In this document: positions 47,724 through 56,635 of the stretch, piece after piece
Position numbering within the stretch: the first letter of the stretch is position 1
Layout: each line of letters starts with the position of its first letter
Source of the DNA: an uncultured Chloroflexia bacterium
GTDB taxonomy: Bacteria > Chloroflexota > Limnocylindria > Limnocylindrales > CSP1-4
Assembly: GCA_963819655.1 (NCBI GenBank)
Contig: CAWFXA010000003.1
Location: 320,001 to 384,000, forward strand
Direction of reading: 5' to 3'
Length of the DNA: 64,000 bases
The notes under the pieces: model-generated
Told to the model about the DNA's origin: nothing
Database searches by the model: none
The model's input: the letters and a program-made list of their open reading frames with translations, nothing else
Translations under genes and position numbers: made by a program

Positions 47724-48599
47724 ATGCGGATCGCGCTCCTCGGGTTCGGGCTGATCGGCGGATCCATCGCACGTGCACTGCGAGAGCGCGGCGGGGCGTC
47801 GCCCGCCGACCACATCAGCGCATGGACGCCGTCGGGCGACGGGCCGGCAGCGGCCGCGCGCGACGGTGTGATCGATGTCGCGGCTGCGAGCCCGGAAGAC
47901 TCGATCAGCGGCGCCGATCTCATCGTCCTGGCCGGCCCCGCGCCGGTCTGCCTCGCACAGCTCGATGACCTGGCGGGCGCGTGGCGGGGCGCTCTCGCGC
48001 CGGGTGCCGTCATCACCGACGTGGCCAGCACCAAGACAGCCATCGTGCTTCGGGCGACCGCGCTCGGTCTCCGGTTCGTGGGTGGCCATCCGATGGCGGG
48101 GCGCGAGACCAGCGGCTACGCCGCGTCGACCGCGGACCTGTTCGTCGACCGGCCGTGGGTCATCGTCCCGAGCGCCGACGAGGCGGCCGTCGAGCGTTTG
48201 GAGGCACTCGCGACGGCCACCGGGGCGCGACCTCTGCGGATGACCGCGGCCGTCCACGATGAGGCGGTCGCCGCGATCTCGCACCTGCCACTGGTCGTCG
48301 CCGCCGCCCTGGTGGAGACGGTCGCCGGTGGCAGCTCGGCCGATCGCGAGGACTGGGCGATCGCGACTCATCTTGCGTCCAGCGGCTGGCGGGACATGAC
48401 AAGGCTTGCTCGCGGCGACGTCGCGATGGGCGCGGGGATCGTGTCGACCAACGCCCCGGCGATCGCCTCGAGGATCCGCGACCTCATCGGCGTGCTCGAG
48501 GCATGGCTCGCTGACCTCGAAAGGCCTGGTGGGCCGGATGAAGGCGACCTGACCGAGCGCCTGCGCGCAGCACGCGATCGCCTCGAGGCGATGGCGTGA
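47724..48599 (+). CDS. tyrA: Prephenate/arogenate dehydrogenase
   Basis: GFGLIGGS, TDVASTK, GGHPMAG, HDEAVAAISHLP, DMTRLA. Confidence 0.9.
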   Translation: MRIALLGFGLIGGSIARALRERGGASPADHISAWTPSGDGPAAAARDGVIDVAAASPEDSISGADLIVLAGPAPVCLAQLDDLAGAWRGALAPGAVITDVASTKTAIVLRATALGLRFVGGHPMAGRETSGYAASTADLFVDRPWVIVPSADEAAVERLEALATATGARPLRMTAAVHDEAVAAISHLPLVVAAALVETVAGGSSADREDWAIATHLASSGWRDMTRLARGDVAMGAGIVSTNAPAIASRIRDLIGVLEAWLADLERPGGPDEGDLTERLRAARDRLEAMA

Positions 48600-49204
48600 G
48601 TCCGGCGCCGTCCGGCGAGCGCGTCCTCGTCGTGCCGCGTCGTCTCGTCCCCGACGACGCCGGCTGGTACGGCCTCCGCACGCACGACATCGACGACTTC
48701 CTCGAGATCGTCGCAGCACATGCTCGCTACGAGCTGCGCACCGAGATGGAACAGGATCCCGAGTTCAAGCAGATCATCCCGTACCTCGTCCTGCGCGACG
48801 GCGACCGCTACTTCCTGATGCGCCGCACACGCGCCGGTGGCGACGTGCGACTTCACGACCGCTGGTCGATCGGTGTCGGAGGTCACCTGAACCCGGGCGA
48901 TGACGGGCTATCGGGCGGGCTGCAGCGGGAATGGCGCGAGGAGCTCGTCGCCGATTTCGAGCCGGCATTCACGCCGTTCGCGCTCCTCAACGACGACACG
49001 ACCGACGTCGGGGCGGTCCATCTCGGCGTCGTCGTCCTGGCCGACGCCGGCGGGCGGCCGGTCGCCGTCCGCGAGACCGACAAGCTGTCGGGCGCATTCG
49101 CCGCGCCGGCCGAGGTCGCGGACGGCTCCGAGCATCTCGAAACGTGGAGCCGCATCGTGTTCGACGCGCTCGAGGCGACCTCGGTCGGTCCGGGGCGCGC
49201 GTGA
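48596..49204 (+). CDS. NUDIX-family phosphoesterase
   Basis: EQDPEFKQIIPY, SIGVGGH, REWREEL, VGAVHLG. Confidence 0.82.
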   Translation: MSPAPSGERVLVVPRRLVPDDAGWYGLRTHDIDDFLEIVAAHARYELRTEMEQDPEFKQIIPYLVLRDGDRYFLMRRTRAGGDVRLHDRWSIGVGGHLNPGDDGLSGGLQREWREELVADFEPAFTPFALLNDDTTDVGAVHLGVVVLADAGGRPVAVRETDKLSGAFAAPAEVADGSEHLETWSRIVFDALEATSVGPGRA

Positions 49205-50211
49205 TCCGACGCCTCGCGGGTGCCGCGGGTGCGGCGCTGGTCTCCGGCGTGACGCTCCGGTTCGTCGGGCGACGCGCCGCGGAGGAGTTGCTCACGGCTC
49301 CCCGCGTCGGGCCCGATGAGGCCCGACTGGCGCCAGACCTCGACGCGCTCGGGGGCGAGGTCATCCGGTTCCGGTCCCGCGATGGGCTGCGTCTCGCGGG
49401 CCGCTGGGTTCCGGCCGACGCCGTGGACGCGTCGTGGACAACGGATCCGCACGAAGCGATCCTTCTGCTCCACGGCTACACGGGGTCGATCGCGCCGGAT
49501 CTGGTCGAGTACGGACCGTTCCTGCGCCGCACAGCGAACGTGCTGGGCATCGACTTCCGCGGCCACGGGGACTCCGATCCCGGCCCCTCGACGTTCGGGA
49601 TGCTCGAGGTCGAGGACGTTGCCGGTGCCCTGTCATGGCTCGGCGAGCGGGGCGTCACACGCGTGGCGCTGATGGGGACATCGATGGGCGGCATGGCGGC
49701 GATCGCCTCGGTGGCCATCCTGGGCGACGGCAGCTTCGCTGCCGCGGACGTGGATCCGTCGCCGACGCACGCGCCGGTGGATGCCCCACGGCCGGCGATC
49801 GTGGCGGTCGTCGCCGATGCGACGCCGCCGGAAGCCGAGATCCCTGTCGCCAATCGCATGCGGACGCCGTTCCGCCGCTTCCTGGCGGCCCGCATCTTCG
49901 ACGCTGCGGCGCGGCGATTGGGCGCCGATCCGCGCGAGATCGAGCCCGGACGAGTGATCGGCCTCGTCGAACCGGTGCCGCTCCTGCTCATCCACGGCGA
50001 CGCGGACACGACCGTCCCGCTCGCCGACGGCCAGCGATTGGCCAGCCTGGCCGGTCCGTCGGCCCGGCACTGGGTCGTCGCGGGTGCCGATCACAGTCAG
50101 GCACATGCCACGGCGGGGCAGGACTATGAGCGCCGGGTCGTGGACTTCTTGCGGGTGGCGTTCCGAAGCTCGCGCGGGGACGATCTGCGCAACCAGGGAG
50201 GCGACCTATAA
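49201..50211 (+). CDS. Alpha/beta fold hydrolase
   Basis: LLHGY, DFRGHGDS, GTSMGG nucleophile, HGDADTTV, GADH. Confidence 0.88.
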   Translation: MIRRLAGAAGAALVSGVTLRFVGRRAAEELLTAPRVGPDEARLAPDLDALGGEVIRFRSRDGLRLAGRWVPADAVDASWTTDPHEAILLLHGYTGSIAPDLVEYGPFLRRTANVLGIDFRGHGDSDPGPSTFGMLEVEDVAGALSWLGERGVTRVALMGTSMGGMAAIASVAILGDGSFAAADVDPSPTHAPVDAPRPAIVAVVADATPPEAEIPVANRMRTPFRRFLAARIFDAAARRLGADPREIEPGRVIGLVEPVPLLLIHGDADTTVPLADGQRLASLAGPSARHWVVAGADHSQAHATAGQDYERRVVDFLRVAFRSSRGDDLRNQGGDL

Positions 50212-50274
50212 TCGCGACGCCGGGGTGGCTGTCGGTGTCCCGGTGACCGGCGCGATGCTTCCCGTGGAGGACTG

Positions 50275-51444
50275 ATGGCCGCCAAGATCCTCGTCGTCGA
50301 TGACGATCCAAACGTCCAGCGACTCCTGCAGTACACGCTAAAGCAGGAGGGGTACGACGTCGTCATCGCCGGGGACGGCGCCGAGGGGTTCCGACTGTGG
50401 GGCGCGGAATCGCCCGACCTCGTTCTGCTCGACGTCATGCTGCCCAAGCTCGACGGCTATCAGGTCGCGCAGAAGATCCGCGAGCAGGAGGCCGGCGCCT
50501 CCCACGTCCCGATCATCATGCTCACCGCCGAGCGGGAGGTGGAGCAGAAGGTCCGCGGGCTCCGTGCGGGTGCAGACGATTACCTCATCAAGCCGTTCCA
50601 CCCGGCCGAGCTGCTGGCCCGGATCAAGAGCCTGCTCGCCCGGTTCGCGCCGCGCGACACACTGCTCGCCCGGCCGCCGATGGGGCGGATCCTCGCGTTC
50701 TACGGCGCCAAGGGCGGCGTCGGGACGACGACCATCGCCATCAACGCGGCGATCGCGTTCCACCGCGAGCTCGGGCGCAAGGTCTGCCTCGTCGATGGCA
50801 ACCTGCAGTTCGGCGACCACCGCGTGTTCCTCGACCTCGGGCTCGACAAGAAGAGCATCGTAGACATCGTGACCGCGCCGTCGATCGACGCGGACCTCAT
50901 CCGGAACGTCATCGTCAAGCACGAGTCCGGGGTGGACCTGCTCCTGGCGCCGCCGTCCCCGGAGACTGCCGAGCTGGTCCGGCCCGAGCATCTGCCGTTC
51001 ATCGCCGACCAGCTCTCGTCGATGTACGACTACATCATCCTCGACGTCGACAAGCGACTCGACGACGTCAACCTCGGCGTGTTCGAGGCGGCCGAGGTGG
51101 TCTTCGTCGTGATGACGGCCGACCTGTCGTGTCTCAAGAACGTCCGCCTGATCCTCGAGACGATGCATCACCTCGGCTATCCACCGGACAAGGTCCAGCT
51201 GGTGCTCAACCGCTCGAATGCGTTCACCGGCATCAACGTCAAGAACGCAGAAGGCGCGTTGCGGCGGACCATCGACCACCAGGTCGTGAACGAATACCGC
51301 GGCGCCATCAGCGCCCTCAACTCCGGCGCCCCGTTCATGTTCACCAAGGCCGATTCCCCGCTCGGCGCGTCGCTGCTGCAGTTCGTGCGCGGCGTCGACA
51401 AGGTCGCGGCGGCGGCCCTGGCGCAACCGGTCGGCGCCCGCTGA
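50275..51444 (+). CDS. Response-regulator receiver fused to MinD/CpaE-like ATPase
   Basis: VVDDD, LLDVMLP, KPF receiver; GAKGGVGTT deviant Walker A; TATAAT at 50207 and GGAGG RBS. Confidence 0.85.
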   Translation: MAAKILVVDDDPNVQRLLQYTLKQEGYDVVIAGDGAEGFRLWGAESPDLVLLDVMLPKLDGYQVAQKIREQEAGASHVPIIMLTAEREVEQKVRGLRAGADDYLIKPFHPAELLARIKSLLARFAPRDTLLARPPMGRILAFYGAKGGVGTTTIAINAAIAFHRELGRKVCLVDGNLQFGDHRVFLDLGLDKKSIVDIVTAPSIDADLIRNVIVKHESGVDLLLAPPSPETAELVRPEHLPFIADQLSSMYDYIILDVDKRLDDVNLGVFEAAEVVFVVMTADLSCLKNVRLILETMHHLGYPPDKVQLVLNRSNAFTGINVKNAEGALRRTIDHQVVNEYRGAISALNSGAPFMFTKADSPLGASLLQFVRGVDKVAAAALAQPVGAR

Positions 51445-51551
51445 TCGAGAGATCTCGACGGCTCGTGGCGGCTCGCCGGTCGTTCCTCGTGGTGCGCCGC
51501 AGGTGATCGCCCGATAAGTCAGGGGTGAGCGGCCGCCGGTAGGGTGCCGGC

Positions 51552-53129
51552 ATGCTGGCTGTCGTCCCGTCCGCCACGTTGCATGGTCTCGACGGCCGGT
51601 CCATCCGCGTCGAGGTCGACGTCGCGCCCGGCCTGCCGGGCTTCACCGTCGTCGGCTTGGGCGACACAGCCGTGCAGGAAGCGCGTGAGCGCGTCCGTGG
51701 CGCGATCCGCAACGCCGGGTTCGCCTTCCCGCCGCGCCGCCTCACGGTCAACCTGGCACCGGCCGAACTGCGCAAGACGGGTGCGTCGCTCGACCTGGCC
51801 ATCGCCATCGGGATCCTTCTCGGCTCCGAGCAGGTGCGCGCCGGGCCACTCCCCATCGCCCTCCTCGGCGAGCTCGGCCTCGACGGTGAGGTGCGTCCGG
51901 TGCCGGGCATCCTGCCGATGGTCGCGGCGCTCGCCGGGCGCCGGATCGGGCGGGTCGTGGTCGCCCCGTCGGCCGTCGACGAGGGGCGTCTCGTGGAGGG
52001 CATCGACGTCGTCGGCGCTGCCAGCCTGGCCGATGCCGCGGATCTCGTTCGCGGCCGCCGGCCACGCCGCGTGCCGGTCGCGATGCCGCGCGTGACGATC
52101 ACCGGACCGGCAGGCGCCTCCGCGGATCTCGGGGTGCGACCGGCAGCGACCGTGCCGACCCCAGCGGTGCCCGACCTCGCAGAGGTGCGCGGGCAGGTCG
52201 AGGCGCGCCGCGGACTCGAGATCGCCCTCGCCGGCGGGCACGGCCTGCTGCTCACGGGGCCGCCGGGCGTGGGCAAGACGCTGCTGGCGCGGACGATCCC
52301 CGGTCTTCTGCCGCCGCTCGACGACGCGGCGGCACTGTCGGTGTCGATCGTGGCCTCGGCGGCAGGCGAGGGTCCGATCACATCGCTCCGCCGGCAGCCG
52401 CCGTTCCGCACGCCGCACCACACGCTGTCCTACGCGGCCATGGTGGGTGGTGGGCCGACGCTGTCCCCGGGCGAGATCACACGCGCCCATCAGGGCGTGC
52501 TTTTCCTCGATGAGCTGGCTGAGTTCGATCGGGATGTCCTCGAGGCGCTCCGTCAGCCGCTGGAGGAGGGCCGGATCCTCATCGCGCGGGCCGGCCGGGT
52601 CATGACGTTCCCCGCGCGCTTCCAGCTCGTGGCTGCGATGAACCCGTGTCCGTGCGGGTTCGCCGGGTCGTTGCCCGAGGATCGCTGCCGGTGCACGATC
52701 GCCGAGATCGATCGCTACGCGCGGCGGGTCTCGGGGCCGTTGCGTGACCGCCTCGACCTGTGGGTGTCGATGCCGCGCGTGCCGGCCGCGACGCTCGTCG
52801 GCGCCACCGACCCTGAGGACTCGGCGACCGTCGCGGGCCGGATCGCCGTGGCGCGAGCGTGGGCCGCGCTCGACCGCGGCCGGTCGAACGGTCGGCTGCG
52901 CGGGCCGCTCCTGCGTCGAGCGTGTCGCATGTCGGAGGTGACGACGCGACGCGTCGCCGAGCTCGCCGACGCAGAGTCGGCCAGCGGGCGTGGCACGGAG
53001 CGGATCATGCGGGTGGCCCGCACGATCGCCGACCTCGCCGGTTCACCGACGGTCGAGATCGGTCATCTCGATGAGGCAGCCTGGTATCGATCGCCCGCCC
53101 GACGACCGGTCGGGGCGCTGGCGTCCTGA
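51552..53129 (+). CDS. comM: YifB/ComM Mg-chelatase-like AAA ATPase
   Basis: VNLAPA, GPPGVGKT, FRTPHH, FLDELAEF, AAMNPCPCG. Confidence 0.9.
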   Translation: MLAVVPSATLHGLDGRSIRVEVDVAPGLPGFTVVGLGDTAVQEARERVRGAIRNAGFAFPPRRLTVNLAPAELRKTGASLDLAIAIGILLGSEQVRAGPLPIALLGELGLDGEVRPVPGILPMVAALAGRRIGRVVVAPSAVDEGRLVEGIDVVGAASLADAADLVRGRRPRRVPVAMPRVTITGPAGASADLGVRPAATVPTPAVPDLAEVRGQVEARRGLEIALAGGHGLLLTGPPGVGKTLLARTIPGLLPPLDDAAALSVSIVASAAGEGPITSLRRQPPFRTPHHTLSYAAMVGGGPTLSPGEITRAHQGVLFLDELAEFDRDVLEALRQPLEEGRILIARAGRVMTFPARFQLVAAMNPCPCGFAGSLPEDRCRCTIAEIDRYARRVSGPLRDRLDLWVSMPRVPAATLVGATDPEDSATVAGRIAVARAWAALDRGRSNGRLRGPLLRRACRMSEVTTRRVAELADAESASGRGTERIMRVARTIADLAGSPTVEIGHLDEAAWYRSPARRPVGALAS

Positions 53130-54424
53130 TGACGCTCGGTGTCGGACGGATGCTCGACCAGACGCCGGCTCTGGACGCGGACCCGTACGCGCCTGAGCGC
53201 GACGCGTGGGCGGTCCTTGCGTCGGTGCACGGTCTCGGGCCGATCGGCTTCGCAGCCCTGCTGGCGTGTTACGGCTCGGCGCGGGGCGTGCTCGCGGTCG
53301 CGTCCGAGCCGGCCGGCGTAGAGCGGCTGATCGCGACGCCGGGTGCCGAGATCGGCCGCCGCGATCGGCCGATCCTCGAACCAGTCGCGCAGGCCATCGC
53401 CGATGCCGCGCAGGTCGCGGATCGCATCGTGGGACGGCTTCGCGCGCTCGGCGTGGGCGTGGTCACGGTCGAGGAACCGTCATACCCGACCCGCCTCGCG
53501 GCGATCGCGATGCCGCCGCACGTCCTGTACCTCCGCGGCCGGCACGCCGCGATGTCCCGCGCACGAGCGGTCGCGGTCGTCGGCACGCGACGAGCGACCG
53601 GCACTGGACGGTCAACGGCCGTCCGGATCGCCACGGCGCTCGCGGCCGCCGACGCGGCGGTCGTGTCCGGACTGGCGTTCGGGATCGACGGAGCCGCTCA
53701 CGAGGCGACGCTACGGGCGAGCGGCACGACCGTCGCGGTCATCGGTGGCGGCCACGCCCGCGTGGGTCCCGCGGCGCACGCCCGGTTGGCGGAGGCGATC
53801 GTCGCCAGCGGCGGCGCCGTCGTGTCCGAGCTGGCGCCCGACACCCCGCCGTCGGCGGGCACCTTCCCGCGGCGGAACAGGATCATCAGCGGGCTGACCG
53901 ACGCGACGGTCGTGGTCGAGGCGCCCGCCAAGTCCGGAGCGCTCATCACCGCGTCCTGGGCGCTCGAGCAGGGTCGGGCCTGCTTCCTCGTGCCCGGCCC
54001 CATAGACAGCCGAACGGCAGCCGGCTGTCTGGCGTTCCTACGCGAATTCCCGGAGGTCACCCATATCGTGGCGGGGATCCCCCAGCTCATCGCCGATCTC
54101 GGCTACGTGAGTGCCGCAGAGCCGGATCGCGACGCATTGGCTGCAGCGACATCGCAGGACCTCGGCCGCACGGAAGCGGCGGTTGCGCGCGGTCTCGTCG
54201 ACGGCCACGCCACGGTCGATGAGCTCGTCGCGACGACGGATCTGCCGGTCGCGACCGTCCTCGCCGCGCTCACACTGCTCGAGCGCCGAGGGCTCACGAG
54301 CGGGGCTCACGGTCGTTACAGGCCGGCCGGTACGCTCATCGGCGAGCAGACCGCGTTCTGGGCGGGAGCCACTGGAGGCCGGTCCGGTGCGGTTGCCCGT
54401 GCTGGACACCCGGTGCTACCCTGA
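53129..54424 (+). CDS. dprA: DNA-processing protein DprA
   Basis: AVVGTR, VSGLAFGID, FPRRNRIISG, VEAPAKSGALITA. Confidence 0.93.
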   Translation: MTLGVGRMLDQTPALDADPYAPERDAWAVLASVHGLGPIGFAALLACYGSARGVLAVASEPAGVERLIATPGAEIGRRDRPILEPVAQAIADAAQVADRIVGRLRALGVGVVTVEEPSYPTRLAAIAMPPHVLYLRGRHAAMSRARAVAVVGTRRATGTGRSTAVRIATALAAADAAVVSGLAFGIDGAAHEATLRASGTTVAVIGGGHARVGPAAHARLAEAIVASGGAVVSELAPDTPPSAGTFPRRNRIISGLTDATVVVEAPAKSGALITASWALEQGRACFLVPGPIDSRTAAGCLAFLREFPEVTHIVAGIPQLIADLGYVSAAEPDRDALAAATSQDLGRTEAAVARGLVDGHATVDELVATTDLPVATVLAALTLLERRGLTSGAHGRYRPAGTLIGEQTAFWAGATGGRSGAVARAGHPVLP

Positions 54425-54509
54425 CCGGCGCATCCGCCCCAGCGTGATGCGGGCGACCGTTCGGGACCCCCATCCCCGTCGCTCCCCAGGACTGCAGCTG
54501 AGTTCTGTA

Positions 54510-56147
54510 TTGCGGAAGTACCTCATCGCGATCCTGGCCGTCCCGGTCCTGCTCGGCGTGTACGCAGCAGCGCTGCTCGGCCGGTCACGGTACGTCCGTG
54601 GCGGTGTGGCGATCGGGCTCGGCGCAGTGGTGGCCCTCGGAGCGATGTCCTTCGCCCGGCCGACGCTCACGACGGCCTCGCCGGTCAGCGACATCGTCCC
54701 CCTGACCCAGGCGGCATTCCGGACGGCGGTCAGCACGAATTTCGACCTCCTGTCGCCGGCGACGATCGTGTTCAGCACGCCGATGGAGCGTGAATTGGTC
54801 GAGGCCGCGGTATCCGTCCAACCCGCCGTCGGGGTATCGCTCCAGTGGAACGCCGACGGCACCACCGTGGAGATCGTCCCCACGGAACATTGGGCGCCGT
54901 CGACGTACTACACGGTCACTGTCGGCTCGGGCGCACTCGCGACCACTGGACGGCCGATGACCCAGCCGGCCCGCGCCGCGTTCCTGACCCGGGAGGCGGC
55001 GTCTGCCGCGGTCGCGGCGACGTCGAAGGTGGAGAAGCGCGTCGCGATCGACTCATCGTTCACGGTGGCCTTCGATCAAGCGGTCGACCTCGGGTCGGTC
55101 GCCGGAGCGATCAAGATCGAGCCGGCCCTCAGCGGCGCCCTGACGCGCATCACCAACGCGGCCGGCCTGCCGACGTATACGTTCACGCCGGCCCAGCCAC
55201 TGCTGCCCGATACGCGCTACCAGCTGGTCGTGGCCGGTGCCCGGGACGCGGCCGGCGTCGAGGTGCCACCGATCGCGATGGCTCTCCGCACCGTGAAGGC
55301 GCCGGCGGTCGTCCGTTTCCGGCCTCAGGCGTCCACGACCAACGTCGCCCGTGATGCCGCGATCTCGGTGCGGTTCACCCAGTCGATGAACCGGGTCGCG
55401 ACGAAGAACGCGTTCCGCGTCACGATCGACGGCAAGGCGATCGCCGGCAAGGTCACGTTCGCGGAGAACGACTCGGTCCTCATCTTCGACCCGTCGTCGA
55501 ACCTCCCGTACGGCGCCTCGGTCGTGGCCACCGTTGCCGCGACGGCCAAGAGCGCCGATGGTGTGTCGATGGGTGTCGTCAGGAACGGAACGTTCAAGGT
55601 GGTCAGGAAGCCGGCAGTCAAGCGAGCGATCAGCTCCGGTGGCGGCGGGGGCGGTGGCGGCGGTGGAGGCGGCGGGTCCGTGGGCGGCGGCACATGGGGT
55701 GCCGTCGAGCGCTACTACCTCGACCTGATGAACTGCACACGGACGGGCGGCCTCGTGACGACCGGCGGAGACTGCAGCAGCCCGGGTGGGCGCAGTGTGG
55801 CCCCCCTCAAGCTCGACGCCGGGATCAGCACCAAGGTCGCGCGCCCGTACGCCAAGAAGCTGGCCGTCAACAACATGTGCACCCACTTCAGCGGCGGCAA
55901 CCCGGGCGATCGCCTGCGCCGCGCGGGGTACAGCAGCTATCGCTGGGCGGAGAACCTCGGGTGCCGGTCGGGCAACCCGTACAGTGCGGTCCTGGGCAGC
56001 CATCGCTACTTCCAGAGCGAGCGGTCGTGGAGCCCGCCGGGCGGCCATTACGTGAACCTGATGAACAGCGCGTACGACCGTGTCGGGATCGGCGTGTGGG
56101 TGTCGGGCGGCCGAGTGCGCCTGGTCGTCGACTTCTACCACCCGTAG
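54510..56147 (+). CDS. Membrane-anchored protein with bacterial Ig-like domains and C-terminal CAP/SCP domain
   Basis: N-terminal TMs, three FS/FD/FT..M-type Ig-like repeats, poly-Gly linker, AENLG...GHYVNLMN; start uncertain. Confidence 0.75.
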   Translation: MRKYLIAILAVPVLLGVYAAALLGRSRYVRGGVAIGLGAVVALGAMSFARPTLTTASPVSDIVPLTQAAFRTAVSTNFDLLSPATIVFSTPMERELVEAAVSVQPAVGVSLQWNADGTTVEIVPTEHWAPSTYYTVTVGSGALATTGRPMTQPARAAFLTREAASAAVAATSKVEKRVAIDSSFTVAFDQAVDLGSVAGAIKIEPALSGALTRITNAAGLPTYTFTPAQPLLPDTRYQLVVAGARDAAGVEVPPIAMALRTVKAPAVVRFRPQASTTNVARDAAISVRFTQSMNRVATKNAFRVTIDGKAIAGKVTFAENDSVLIFDPSSNLPYGASVVATVAATAKSADGVSMGVVRNGTFKVVRKPAVKRAISSGGGGGGGGGGGGGSVGGGTWGAVERYYLDLMNCTRTGGLVTTGGDCSSPGGRSVAPLKLDAGISTKVARPYAKKLAVNNMCTHFSGGNPGDRLRRAGYSSYRWAENLGCRSGNPYSAVLGSHRYFQSERSWSPPGGHYVNLMNSAYDRVGIGVWVSGGRVRLVVDFYHP

Positions 56148-56198
56148 GGGGACCATCGGGCTAGTCCCGTCCAGGCGGACGCGGCGCACGATGCGCCC

Positions 56199-56546
56199 AT
56201 GCTCCGCAACGCCGTCCTGCACCTCGCCAACGAGCAACCGCTTCTGGCCGACCTGTTCGAGATGCCGACCTCGGGCGACGTGACCGTGCGCCTCACGAAT
56301 CTTCGGACGCTCGATGGCAAACGGCCGATCTTCGTCGACGATCTGAAGTCGGTCTTCGTGTTCCCGTACCACCGCGTCACGTTCATCGAGATCCCCCCGC
56401 AGGCGGCCCTCACCGCCGAGATGGGCGACGCCCTCCCGGTGCCCGTGGCGGTCGGTGCCTCCGGGCGGGATGACGCGGCAGACACCGCCGACGACGGCGA
56501 GCTCGAGATCGACGAGGACTTCCTGCGCCGGATCCGCGAGGTCTGA
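56199..56546 (+). CDS. Small hypothetical protein
   Basis: 115 aa with coding-like codon use, acidic tail EIDEDFLRRIREV; CACGAT-6 nt-ATG. Confidence 0.7.
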   Translation: MLRNAVLHLANEQPLLADLFEMPTSGDVTVRLTNLRTLDGKRPIFVDDLKSVFVFPYHRVTFIEIPPQAALTAEMGDALPVPVAVGASGRDDAADTADDGELEIDEDFLRRIREV

Positions 56547-56565
56547 ACGCGCCCTTCGGGCGCGT
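56547..56565 (+). terminator. C(UUCG)G hairpin directly after the stop codon
   Basis: ACGCGCCC-TTC-GGGCGCGT. Confidence 0.45.
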
Positions 56566-56635
56566 CCCTGAGCTCCCTTCGACCGTCGCCCGCCAGATAC
56601 GGGGACGTGAAGGACCCGGTGCTACACTCCCGGCC

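Noticed and set aside
55638-55692. GGC-rich simple repeat
   Set aside because: Encodes an in-frame poly-Gly linker with mixed codons; not a phase-variation tract
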